Positions 32,761 to 41,863 of a stretch of 46,817 nt of DNA are shown in pieces. Every line of letters begins with the position of its first letter. Position 1 is the first letter of the stretch. The notes beneath the pieces were generated by a model. It was not told the origin of the DNA and ran no database searches. It saw only the letters and a program-made list of their open reading frames with translations. This stretch comes from Nitrospirota bacterium. Its GTDB lineage: Bacteria; Nitrospirota; Thermodesulfovibrionia; UBA6902; DSMQ01. The DNA lies in NCBI GenBank assembly GCA_016208855.1, contig JACQXF010000079.1, forward strand, positions 1-46,817, in the 5' to 3' direction. A program made the position numbers and the translations under genes.

Positions 32761-34482
32761 ATGATGAGACATATAGCAAAAATATTTTTAACAATTATAT
32801 TTTTATCTGTTACAACTATCCCTGTAAGCGGCAACAGCGAGAAAGCGATTAGTAGAGATATTAACTCTGTACATAAGATCAGGGATACGGTTCTTTCATA
32901 TTTTTATCCTGTAAGCGGGACTGTCATAAGTGTTGAGAAAGGAATTATAAAGGTAAAGTTTCAGACAGACAGGAGGCTTATTGAAGGCATGAGGCTTTCG
33001 GTCTTGAGGGAAGGGAAGCCTTTTTATCATCCTGTAACAAAAGAACTTGTAAGTAAATCCGAGTTGTTTGCAGGAAAGGTAGAGATACAGGGATATGACA
33101 AGGGGGTATATCTTTGCAAAACCGTAAAAGGAGCGCCTGCGGCAGGGGATATTGTAAGGATTACATCTTCAAAGGTGAAGCTTGCCTTTTTTCAGCATAA
33201 GCAAACAGACTGGACAGTGTCTGAGGTTTTCTACAATTCCTTGAGGGAATCAGGCCGTTTCGCCCTTATTGATGCATATTCAAAGACCTTTGACCCAAAA
33301 GAGATTTCTGAGACAGCAAAGGGGCTTGGCGCAGATGCAGCGCTTATGCTTTCAAGCTCTTCAAAAGAGGGAAGCGTATTTTTGGATGTGAAGCTTATAT
33401 GGACAGAAGACGCAAATGTATTTGCTCAGTTAAAAGAGCCAATAGGAGCAGACCTGCTTAAGGCCCTTAAGGCAGAAGAAGAGCTTCTTTCTGTTACCAC
33501 GCCAAAAGGCGAGCCATGGGGAAGGCATGAACTTCCATCAGGACGGCTTATTGCAATGGGGGATGTTGACGGCAATGGCAAAAGGGAGCTTGTTGTCAGC
33601 GACGGGACTACTATAAGGGTCTATGAATATCAGGATGAGCCAAAGGAGATATGGTCTATAAAAGGCAGCCCTCAGGAAGACCATGTATCTCTGGATGTTT
33701 TGGATGTTAATAATAATGGAAAGGCTGAAATTTTTGTTACATCCATGAGAGGAGAAGACACAGTAAGCTCCTATGTGCTTGAGTACAGTCCTGAAGAAGG
33801 ATATAGAAAGATAGCAGACAAATTGCCATATTTCTTCAGGGTCATGGGGAAGACCCTTTTAATGCAGGAATTCAGCCGCAATGAACAATACAGCGGTGAT
33901 GTATATGAGGCAGTATGGCAGTCTGGAAATTATCAGAAGGCCAAGGCATTAAAGCTTCTTCCTGACGGAGTAAACATATACGGATTTACCTTTATTGACT
34001 GGAATGATAAAGGACAGCCTCAGGTCTTAGCCTTTGATGATAAAGGCTACCTGAATCTTTATAAAGACAGGTTTTTAATATGGAGCAGCAGGGAGTCTTA
34101 CGGGGAGTCAGATATATCCTTTAAAAGAGAGACTCACTCCCTCATTAACCCGCAAGAGAAATGGTTTGTAAAAGGAAGGCTCATAACAATTAAGACACAG
34201 AGGGGGCAGGAGGCTTTAATAGTTAAGAAGAGTCCTTTCTTAGCAAAGGTGCCGGGGCTTGGGTATAAGTCAGCGGATATTTATTCCCTCTGGTGGGATG
34301 GCGGCATGATGGATGGCAATTTGATCCTTCAAGATGTCCGCGGCACAGTAACAGATTACTGGATAGAGGGGAAGACATTATTGCTTATTGTAAGGCCAGG
34401 ATTAATGGGATTGCTTTCAAATACACTAACCGGGGAATTCTCAAGGAAGAGTATCCTTTACTACTACCAATTTGAAAAATGA
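32761..34482 (+). CDS. Exported VCBS/FG-GAP repeat protein
   Basis: Signal-like N-terminus, GDVDGNGKRELV and DVNNNGKAEIFV repeats. Confidence 0.75.
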   Translation: MMRHIAKIFLTIIFLSVTTIPVSGNSEKAISRDINSVHKIRDTVLSYFYPVSGTVISVEKGIIKVKFQTDRRLIEGMRLSVLREGKPFYHPVTKELVSKSELFAGKVEIQGYDKGVYLCKTVKGAPAAGDIVRITSSKVKLAFFQHKQTDWTVSEVFYNSLRESGRFALIDAYSKTFDPKEISETAKGLGADAALMLSSSSKEGSVFLDVKLIWTEDANVFAQLKEPIGADLLKALKAEEELLSVTTPKGEPWGRHELPSGRLIAMGDVDGNGKRELVVSDGTTIRVYEYQDEPKEIWSIKGSPQEDHVSLDVLDVNNNGKAEIFVTSMRGEDTVSSYVLEYSPEEGYRKIADKLPYFFRVMGKTLLMQEFSRNEQYSGDVYEAVWQSGNYQKAKALKLLPDGVNIYGFTFIDWNDKGQPQVLAFDDKGYLNLYKDRFLIWSSRESYGESDISFKRETHSLINPQEKWFVKGRLITIKTQRGQEALIVKKSPFLAKVPGLGYKSADIYSLWWDGGMMDGNLILQDVRGTVTDYWIEGKTLLLIVRPGLMGLLSNTLTGEFSRKSILYYYQFEK

Positions 34483-35177
34483 ATAACATTGAACATGTAG
34501 CAATAATTATGGACGGAAACGGCCGCTGGGCAAAACAGAGGGGCCTTCCGCGCATTGAGGGGCACAGGGAAGGCATTAAAAGGGTGCATGAGATAATAGA
34601 TGCGTCAATAGCATTAAACCTTAAGGCAATAACTCTCTATATCTTCTCTCTTGAGAATTGGCAGAGGCCTAAAAATGAAGTAAGCGCCCTTATGAAGCTC
34701 TTAGAGCTTTACCTCAGAAATGAAATGAAAAAGCTTGCAAAAAAGAATATCGTATTTAAGGCTATTGGAAATACTGAGAAGTTCTCCCCAACCATACAGA
34801 AGCTTATAAGAGAGTTTGAAGCAACGACTGCTAAGAACACAGGGCTTATCCTTGCAGGCGCCTTGAGCTATAGCAGCAGGGAGGAGATTCTAAGGGCTGT
34901 AAAGCGCATGATGCAAAACAATGTCAGCACGGATATGGTAAATGAATCGGTGTTTGAAAGTTTTTTAGATACAGCCGGGATACCTCAGCCTGACTTGATA
35001 ATACGCACAAGCGGAGAACAGAGATTAAGCAACTTTCTGCTTTGGCAGGCAGCGTACTCAGAGTTTTATTTTACAAATACGCTTTGGCCTGACTTTAGAG
35101 AGAAAGAATTCATGTCTGCCATAAAAGACTACCAGCAAAGAGAAAGAAGATTCGGCACTGTCACAACTATAGACTAA
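34479..35177 (+). CDS. uppS: Undecaprenyl diphosphate synthase
   Basis: HVAIIMDGNGRWA, ENWQRP, DLIIRTSGEQRLSNFLLWQ. Confidence 0.95.
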   Translation: MNNIEHVAIIMDGNGRWAKQRGLPRIEGHREGIKRVHEIIDASIALNLKAITLYIFSLENWQRPKNEVSALMKLLELYLRNEMKKLAKKNIVFKAIGNTEKFSPTIQKLIREFEATTAKNTGLILAGALSYSSREEILRAVKRMMQNNVSTDMVNESVFESFLDTAGIPQPDLIIRTSGEQRLSNFLLWQAAYSEFYFTNTLWPDFREKEFMSAIKDYQQRERRFGTVTTID

Positions 35178-35190
35178 CACGGAGAGTGAT

Positions 35191-35985
35191 TTGAAAAAGA
35201 GACTTATTGTGGCAGGAATTGTCCTGCCTGCCTTGCTAAGTTACATTTATTTTCTTCCGCCTTTTCCTTATTTTTTAATCTTGCTTTTATGCGTATGCGT
35301 GATTGCACTGCATGAGCTTTACACTATGTATAAAATACAAGCGAAGCTCTATATTCCAGCCATAGCGTTTGGCGGAGTTTTGTTTTATGTGTCGTCTGTC
35401 TATCCCCATAGCCTTATAGATGCTGTATTTTTCAGCGTAACGGCTGTGCTTTTAATCCGGCTTTTTATGGTCGGCAATCCTTCAGGAAGCATGAAGGACA
35501 TAGGCCATTTATGCGCAGGCTTTTTTTATATATCGGTGTTTTTAAGCTTTCAGTGGTTTTTGATAAATTATAATGACGAAGGCAAAAAATATATTTTTCT
35601 TCTTTATGGCATTGTATGGCTTGCAGACAGCGCAGCCTACTACGTCGGGACTTATCTTGGAAGCCATAAGCTCTACACCGCCATAAGCCCTAATAAGACA
35701 ATAGAGGGCGCTGTTGGAAGCATAATAGGAGGCGCCTTAGGCGGATTATTGATAAGGTCTATATTTAACATAGAAAGCTTAACAATCCAGAACACCTTTA
35801 TCATAGGGACAGTATTAGGGGTGGTTGCAATACTGGGCGATTTAACAGAGTCAATGGTTAAGCGCGACGCAGGGGTGAAAGATTCAGGCAGCATAATACC
35901 AGGACACGGCGGCATCCTTGACAAGATTGATGGATTCCTGATTGCAGGGCCTGTATTTTATTTCTTATTGAGGTGGATTAATTGA
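35191..35985 (+). CDS. cdsA: Phosphatidate cytidylyltransferase
   Basis: ISPNKTIEG, GDLTESMVKRDAGVKDSGSIIPGHGGILD. Confidence 0.95.
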   Translation: MKKRLIVAGIVLPALLSYIYFLPPFPYFLILLLCVCVIALHELYTMYKIQAKLYIPAIAFGGVLFYVSSVYPHSLIDAVFFSVTAVLLIRLFMVGNPSGSMKDIGHLCAGFFYISVFLSFQWFLINYNDEGKKYIFLLYGIVWLADSAAYYVGTYLGSHKLYTAISPNKTIEGAVGSIIGGALGGLLIRSIFNIESLTIQNTFIIGTVLGVVAILGDLTESMVKRDAGVKDSGSIIPGHGGILDKIDGFLIAGPVFYFLLRWIN

Positions 35986-37145
35986 AAGCAAAACATCCAA
36001 AAAGAATAGCAGTCCTTGGCTCTACAGGCTCTATAGGCAAAAACACATTAAAGATAGCAGCGATGTATCCTGATAAGTTTAAGGTTCTGAGCATTGCTGC
36101 CAGAAGCAGCATCAATTTATTAGAAGCGCAGATACGCGCATTTAAGCCCAAAGTGGCCGCTGTCTTTGATGAGGAGGCCGCAAAAAAACTAAGGAAGAAA
36201 AATCTTTGCGTAGAAATTCTTTCAGGCAATGAAGGCGTCATAAGAGCAGCAACGCTTAAAGATGCAGATATGGTTGTCTCTGCCATAGTAGGCTCTGCCG
36301 GGCTTATGCCGACATTTGAGGCTATACGGGCAGGCAAAGATATTGCGCTTGCTACAAAAGAGGCGCTTGTAATGGCAGGAGAGATAGTAATGGCCGAGGC
36401 TCGTAAAAAAGGGGTGAAGATAATCCCTGTAGACAGCGAGCACAGCGCAATATTTCAATGCATAAATGGAAGAGATACAGAAGAGATACAGAAGATTATC
36501 TTGACTGCATCAGGCGGTGCGTTTCTTAGAAAGGATGTGTCTGAACTTAAAAAAGTGACGCCGGAGGATGCCCTCAAGCATCCGAACTGGTCTATGGGAA
36601 GAAAGATTACAATAGATTCGGCAACTCTTATGAATAAAGGGCTTGAGGTGATTGAGGCTCATTATCTTTTTAACCTTCCGCTTAAGAAGATAGATGTGGT
36701 TATACATCCTCAAAGCATAGTCCATTCAATGGTTGAGTTTGTTGACGGCAGCATTCTTGCGCAGATGTCTGAGCCTGATATGCGCGGGCCTATATGCTAT
36801 GCGCTTTCTTACCCTGCGAGGCTTAAGAAAGTGCTTAAGCCGTTAAGGATGCCAGAGATAAAAGAGCTCACGTTTGAGAAGCCTGACATAAAAAAATTTC
36901 CCTGCCTTGGGCTTGCATATGATGCGCTCAGGGAAGGCGGCACAATGCCGGCTGTGCTCAATGCCGCCAACGAGGTGGCAGTGGAGGCATTCTTAAACAA
37001 GAGGATCCCTTTTACAAAAGTCTACTATGTAGTTGCACGGTTAATGGAGAAACACAGGCCGTTGAAATATGGTAGTATAAACGAAGTTATTGAGATATCA
37101 AACTTGGCAAAGGTTAAAGCAGAGGAGATTGTCAGGTCCTGTTAA
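35982..37145 (+). CDS. dxr: 1-deoxy-D-xylulose-5-phosphate reductoisomerase
   Basis: LGSTGSIG, PVDSEH, LTASGG, HPNWSMGRKITIDSATLMNKGLE. Confidence 0.95.
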   Translation: MKAKHPKRIAVLGSTGSIGKNTLKIAAMYPDKFKVLSIAARSSINLLEAQIRAFKPKVAAVFDEEAAKKLRKKNLCVEILSGNEGVIRAATLKDADMVVSAIVGSAGLMPTFEAIRAGKDIALATKEALVMAGEIVMAEARKKGVKIIPVDSEHSAIFQCINGRDTEEIQKIILTASGGAFLRKDVSELKKVTPEDALKHPNWSMGRKITIDSATLMNKGLEVIEAHYLFNLPLKKIDVVIHPQSIVHSMVEFVDGSILAQMSEPDMRGPICYALSYPARLKKVLKPLRMPEIKELTFEKPDIKKFPCLGLAYDALREGGTMPAVLNAANEVAVEAFLNKRIPFTKVYYVVARLMEKHRPLKYGSINEVIEISNLAKVKAEEIVRSC

Positions 37146-37207
37146 TCCCCGAAGCAGCCTGTATTTTCAAGTGATGTTATAAAAAAATCGCATATGGAGG
37201 AGAAAAA

Positions 37208-38275
37208 ATGTCATTTATCGGAGCTATAGTCCTGCTTGGCGTCCTGATTTTTGTGCACGAGCTTGGGCATTTCATATTTGCAAAGCTTAGCGGTGTAAGG
37301 GTTTTGAAGTTTTCTCTTGGGTTTGGGCCAAAGATTATTGGCAAAAAAGTCGGAGACACAGAGTACCTGCTTTCAGCAGTGCCGCTTGGCGGCTACGTAA
37401 AGATGCTCGGGGAAGAAGCCGGAGAAGAACTAAAAGAAGAAGATAAAAAATGGGCATATAATTATCAGCCTGTAGGCAAGAGGCTTGGCATAGTCTTTGC
37501 CGGCCCTGCCTTTAATCTAATCTTTGCTGTGGTGCTTTTTGCCTTTATATTTTCTGTCGGTATGCCTGTGCTGGTTCCTCATATTGGGGAGGTTCTTAAG
37601 GACTCCCCTGCACAAAAGGCCGGGCTGCTTAAAGGCGATGAAATTATAGGTATAAATAGCGCTGATATAAAGCGGTGGGATGAATTAACCGACGTGATTC
37701 ATAACAGCCCCGGAAAAGAAGTGACCCTGAAGATAAAGAGGGGAGAAAATGTCTTTACGCTTCAGATAGTGCCTGAAAGAAAAAAATCTCCAAATATATT
37801 TGGAGAGGAGAAAGAAGTCGGGCTCATAGGGATTGCTCCGTCAGGCAAAACATTTATTAAAAAGGAACCTGCCCATAATGCAATAGCAGACGCTTTTAAA
37901 AAGACATACGAGATAATAGTGCTTACTATTTTAGGCATTATAAAGCTTATCCAGAGGGTCATTCCAGCAAAGACAATAGGAGGCCCTATACTGATACTGC
38001 AGATGGCAGGGAAGCAGGCCTCGGCAGGATTTCTTGATTTCTTTGTATTTATGGCTCTTATAAGCATTAACCTCGGGATATTGAATCTCCTTCCTATACC
38101 TATCCTTGACGGAGGGCATATATTGTTTTTATCCATAGAGGCGCTGAGGGGGAAGCCCTTAAAGGAGAAGACAATGATGATAGCGCAAAGGGTAGGGATG
38201 GCTTTAATAATTCTCCTTATGACATTTGCTTTGTATAACGACATCCTGAGGCTTATAACAGGTGAGATGCCGTGA
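37208..38275 (+). CDS. rseP: RIP metalloprotease RseP
   Basis: HELGH, PDZ domain, NLLPIPILDGG. Confidence 0.95.
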   Translation: MSFIGAIVLLGVLIFVHELGHFIFAKLSGVRVLKFSLGFGPKIIGKKVGDTEYLLSAVPLGGYVKMLGEEAGEELKEEDKKWAYNYQPVGKRLGIVFAGPAFNLIFAVVLFAFIFSVGMPVLVPHIGEVLKDSPAQKAGLLKGDEIIGINSADIKRWDELTDVIHNSPGKEVTLKIKRGENVFTLQIVPERKKSPNIFGEEKEVGLIGIAPSGKTFIKKEPAHNAIADAFKKTYEIIVLTILGIIKLIQRVIPAKTIGGPILILQMAGKQASAGFLDFFVFMALISINLGILNLLPIPILDGGHILFLSIEALRGKPLKEKTMMIAQRVGMALIILLMTFALYNDILRLITGEMP

Positions 38276-38742
38276 AGCCTCATTCTTCCTCGAGAGCGCC
38301 TGCAAAAATAAAGAGACAGACATCATCAGGCGGGATTGTATTTAAGACCACAGAGAATGGCATTGAGGTAGCGCTTATAGCCATAAACGGAAAAACAAGA
38401 TGGTGTATTCCAAAGGGACTTATTGATGAGGGTGAAAATTCAGAAGAAGCTGCGCTTAGGGAGGTAAGGGAAGAGTCAGGGCTTATAGGCGAGATTATTG
38501 ATAAAATAGGGGAGACCTCTTACTGGTGTTTTCAAAGAAGTGAGAATACAAAATGTCATAAGACAGTTAGTTATTATCTTATGAAATGCATGGGCGGCGA
38601 CATGAATGACCATGACCATGAAGTAGATGAGGCAGGCTGGTTTCCCATAGACGAGGCGATAGAGAAGGTTACGTATAAGGACGAAAAGGAGCTAATCAGA
38701 AAGGCAAAGAATATGATAGAAACAGGGGGCTGTCTTAAATGA
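38272..38742 (+). CDS. NUDIX hydrolase
   Basis: PKGLIDEGENSEEAALREVREESG Nudix box. Confidence 0.9.
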   Translation: MKPHSSSRAPAKIKRQTSSGGIVFKTTENGIEVALIAINGKTRWCIPKGLIDEGENSEEAALREVREESGLIGEIIDKIGETSYWCFQRSENTKCHKTVSYYLMKCMGGDMNDHDHEVDEAGWFPIDEAIEKVTYKDEKELIRKAKNMIETGGCLK

Positions 38743-40661
38743 ATATCACTCAAAAACTTATTTCATCACATCTTGTCTCAGGCAGGATGGAGTCAGGGCA
38801 GGAGATTGCAATTTCTATAGACCAGACGCTTACTCAGGATGCAACAGGCACAATGGCATACCTTGAGTTTGAAGCAATGGGCATACCAAAGGTAAAGACA
38901 AAGCTCTCTGTAAGCTATGTAGACCATAACACTCTTCAGACAGGATTTGAAAATGCTGATGACCATAGATTTTTGCAGACAATAGCAGCCAAATACGGCA
39001 TTTATTTTTCACGCCCCGGAAATGGCATATGCCATCAGGTTCATCTTGAGAGATTTGCAAAGCCCGGGGAAACCCTCCTCGGTTCTGACAGCCACACTCC
39101 TAATGCAGGCGCAATGGGCATGCTTGCAATAGGGGCAGGGGGGTTGAGCGTTGCAATGGCAATGGCAGGGGAGCCTTTTTATCTTATTATGCCAAAGGTG
39201 GTGCGTGTTAATTTAAAGGGAAGGCTTCCAAAGTGGGCTGCGGCAAAAGACATAATCCTTGAGGTATTGAGAAAGCTGACTGTAAAAGGCGGGGTAGGAA
39301 GGGTAATTGAATACGCAGGCGACGGCCTGAAATATCTCACTGTGCCTGAAAGGGCTACAATTACAAATATGGGCGCGGAGCTTGGCGCAACCTCTTCTGT
39401 GTTTCCTTCAGATGAGCAGACAAAGATATTCTTAAGGGCGCAACAAAGGGAGCATGACTTGATGTTGCTTGAGGCAGACATTGATGCCTCATACGATGAA
39501 GAAATTACTATCAGGCTAAATAAGCTTGAGCCTCTGATTGCCGCACCCTCAAGCCCTGATAATATCAAGGCTGTAAGAGATGTTGCAGGCGTGCCTGTAA
39601 AACAGGTATGCATAGGAAGCTGTGTTAATTCATCATTTATGGATATAATGGTTGTGGCAAAGGCGCTAAAGGGCAAGAAGGTTCATCCGAATGTAAGCCT
39701 TACAATAAGCCCCGGGTCAAGACAGGTATTGTCAATGATCTCAGAAAACGGGGCGCTCACTGACCTTGTCTCTGCGGGAGCAAGGATACTTGAGTGTGCA
39801 TGCGGGCCTTGCATTGGAATGGGGCAGGCGCCTCCAACAGATGCAGTATCGCTTAGGACTTTTAACAGAAATTTTCATGGCAGAAGCGGCACGCCTAATG
39901 ACAAGGTCTATCTCTGCAGTCCATTGACTGCTGCTGTGTCGGCAATGACAGGCGTGATAACAGACCCAAAAGAGTATCTCAAGGGGCAGGGGATAAAGGT
40001 CAAGCTTCCCAAGGAATTCATCATTGATGACTCAATGATTGTTTCGCCTTCAGGAGAGCCTGAAAATGTTGTAATTGAAAGAGGCCCAAACATAAAGCCG
40101 CTTCCAATAAGGGGAGAGCTTGAAGGGTCTTTGAAGGCAAAGGTTGCATTAAAGGTGGCAGACAATATAACAACAGATGATATAATGCCAGCAGGCGCAA
40201 AGATACTTTCCTTGAGGTCAAATATACCTGCCATATCAGAGTATGTATTTTTAAGGATAGATTCTGCATTTGCAGGAAGGGCAAAGGCTGCAGGACAGAG
40301 CGTTATCCTTGGAGGAGTAAATTACGGACAGGGCTCAAGCAGGGAGCATGCAGCGCTTGCGCCAATGTATCTTGGAGTTAAGATTGTGCTTGCAAAGTCG
40401 TTTGCGCGCATTCACAGGGATAATCTCATAAATTTTGGAATTCTTCCTCTTACCATAGCCACGGATATTTATGATGCCATTGAGCAGGAAAGCGAGATAG
40501 AATTTCCAACGCTTGCAGCAGACATAAAAGGATCCCCTGATGTGACATTCATAGACACAAAGACCGGCAAAACCTATAAGGCTTCACACGGTTTGACAGA
40601 AAGACAGACAGAGATAATCCTCGCAGGCGGACTGCTGAATTATATTAAAGGGAAGAGTTAA
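38739..40661 (+). CDS. Aconitate hydratase (short, 640-aa type)
   Basis: TQDATG, GNGICHQ, GSDSHT, IGSCVN, CGPCIG, GSSREHAA. Confidence 0.9.
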   Translation: MNITQKLISSHLVSGRMESGQEIAISIDQTLTQDATGTMAYLEFEAMGIPKVKTKLSVSYVDHNTLQTGFENADDHRFLQTIAAKYGIYFSRPGNGICHQVHLERFAKPGETLLGSDSHTPNAGAMGMLAIGAGGLSVAMAMAGEPFYLIMPKVVRVNLKGRLPKWAAAKDIILEVLRKLTVKGGVGRVIEYAGDGLKYLTVPERATITNMGAELGATSSVFPSDEQTKIFLRAQQREHDLMLLEADIDASYDEEITIRLNKLEPLIAAPSSPDNIKAVRDVAGVPVKQVCIGSCVNSSFMDIMVVAKALKGKKVHPNVSLTISPGSRQVLSMISENGALTDLVSAGARILECACGPCIGMGQAPPTDAVSLRTFNRNFHGRSGTPNDKVYLCSPLTAAVSAMTGVITDPKEYLKGQGIKVKLPKEFIIDDSMIVSPSGEPENVVIERGPNIKPLPIRGELEGSLKAKVALKVADNITTDDIMPAGAKILSLRSNIPAISEYVFLRIDSAFAGRAKAAGQSVILGGVNYGQGSSREHAALAPMYLGVKIVLAKSFARIHRDNLINFGILPLTIATDIYDAIEQESEIEFPTLAADIKGSPDVTFIDTKTGKTYKASHGLTERQTEIILAGGLLNYIKGKS

Positions 40662-41856
40662 GCACCCACTTCTTTGCCTCTGCCTTTGTCTTTACAGCGC
40701 CTTTAAACTGCTCTTCCTGAAGCGAGGATAGGATTCTGCCTATCTTGGCAGAAGGGGGAATATTTAACAGCTTTTGGATTTCATTTCCATCTAAAAGGGT
40801 TTTATGTCTTACAGCTATAAACCTTTTTGCCTCTTTAAGCAAGGGCCCTATCTCATATCCAAACAGAAAAGATAAGGCTGCTGATGTCTCAAAGACGCTT
40901 TCGCCTGAGGTTTTAAATATCCTGAAAAGATTTTCTTTTGAGAGTTTTTCCTTTTGCCCTGATATCTCAGATGCTAATGCAGAGCTTTTATAAATAGAGG
41001 TTAATGCCTTTTTTATTTCTTCGCTTGCCCTAAAACGCGTATCTTTTATGGATGAATTTCTAAGGAGCAATGCAAGCCTTATAACGCCGACTCTGCTAAT
41101 GCCCTGACTTAATTCTTCCTTAAGTGTTTTATTAAGTATTCTGGGCATTGTCCTATAAAATAAATCAAATTCCTTAAGAAGTTTTAAGTTTTGCGCCAAT
41201 TCCTCAGCGCTAACTGGAAGGATATTTTTAAGGACGCTATCCTTGTGGCATTCAATAAGATACCTGGCGGCATCTTTATTTTTAAGAATCTTAAATGCCT
41301 CATCAGTTATTCTTTCTGATGCGACCCTTTTTAATCCTTCTGAATGCTTCCTTAGATTTCCCCTTGTAGAAGTATCAATACTAAAGCCAAGCTCTGCAGA
41401 AAATCTGTATGCCCTGATAATCCTCAAAGGGTCATCTATGAGATTTTTAGTTTGAACAGCTTTAATAGTTTTTCCCCTTATGTCGTCTGCTCCGCCTGAT
41501 ATATCTATGATGCCTGTCTTTGGAGACCATGCTATTGCGTTTATTGTAAAGTCTCTGCGTGTTAAGTCTTCATTGATTGAGCCTTCAATAGAGGAGAAAT
41601 CAAGTATTTCTTTGCTCTTAAGCGCAACGCGGTAGGTCATGCCTTTTTTCAGCGCAATAAATGTGCCGTTAAATTTTTTTGACGCCTCAAGGGCAAGGTA
41701 TTCAACATTATCCTTGACTGCATAGTCTTTGTCTTTTGATGATACGCCCCTCAGTATGTCGCGGACATAGCCTCCGACAAGGAAGATATCTTTGCCGGCA
41801 TTGGAGAAGACCCATTTATTTACCGGGTCAGAGAGGATTATTTTTTTTAGGTCCAT
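40645..41856 (-). CDS. Class II tRNA nucleotidyltransferase (probably CC-adding type)
   Basis: LVGGYVRD...KDKD, EDLTRRDFTINA, DDPLRIIR, ERI. Start placed at ATG 41856. Confidence 0.85.
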   Translation of the reverse strand: MDLKKIILSDPVNKWVFSNAGKDIFLVGGYVRDILRGVSSKDKDYAVKDNVEYLALEASKKFNGTFIALKKGMTYRVALKSKEILDFSSIEGSINEDLTRRDFTINAIAWSPKTGIIDISGGADDIRGKTIKAVQTKNLIDDPLRIIRAYRFSAELGFSIDTSTRGNLRKHSEGLKRVASERITDEAFKILKNKDAARYLIECHKDSVLKNILPVSAEELAQNLKLLKEFDLFYRTMPRILNKTLKEELSQGISRVGVIRLALLLRNSSIKDTRFRASEEIKKALTSIYKSSALASEISGQKEKLSKENLFRIFKTSGESVFETSAALSFLFGYEIGPLLKEAKRFIAVRHKTLLDGNEIQKLLNIPPSAKIGRILSSLQEEQFKGAVKTKAEAKKWVLNSSL

Positions 41857-41863
41857 TGAAGGA

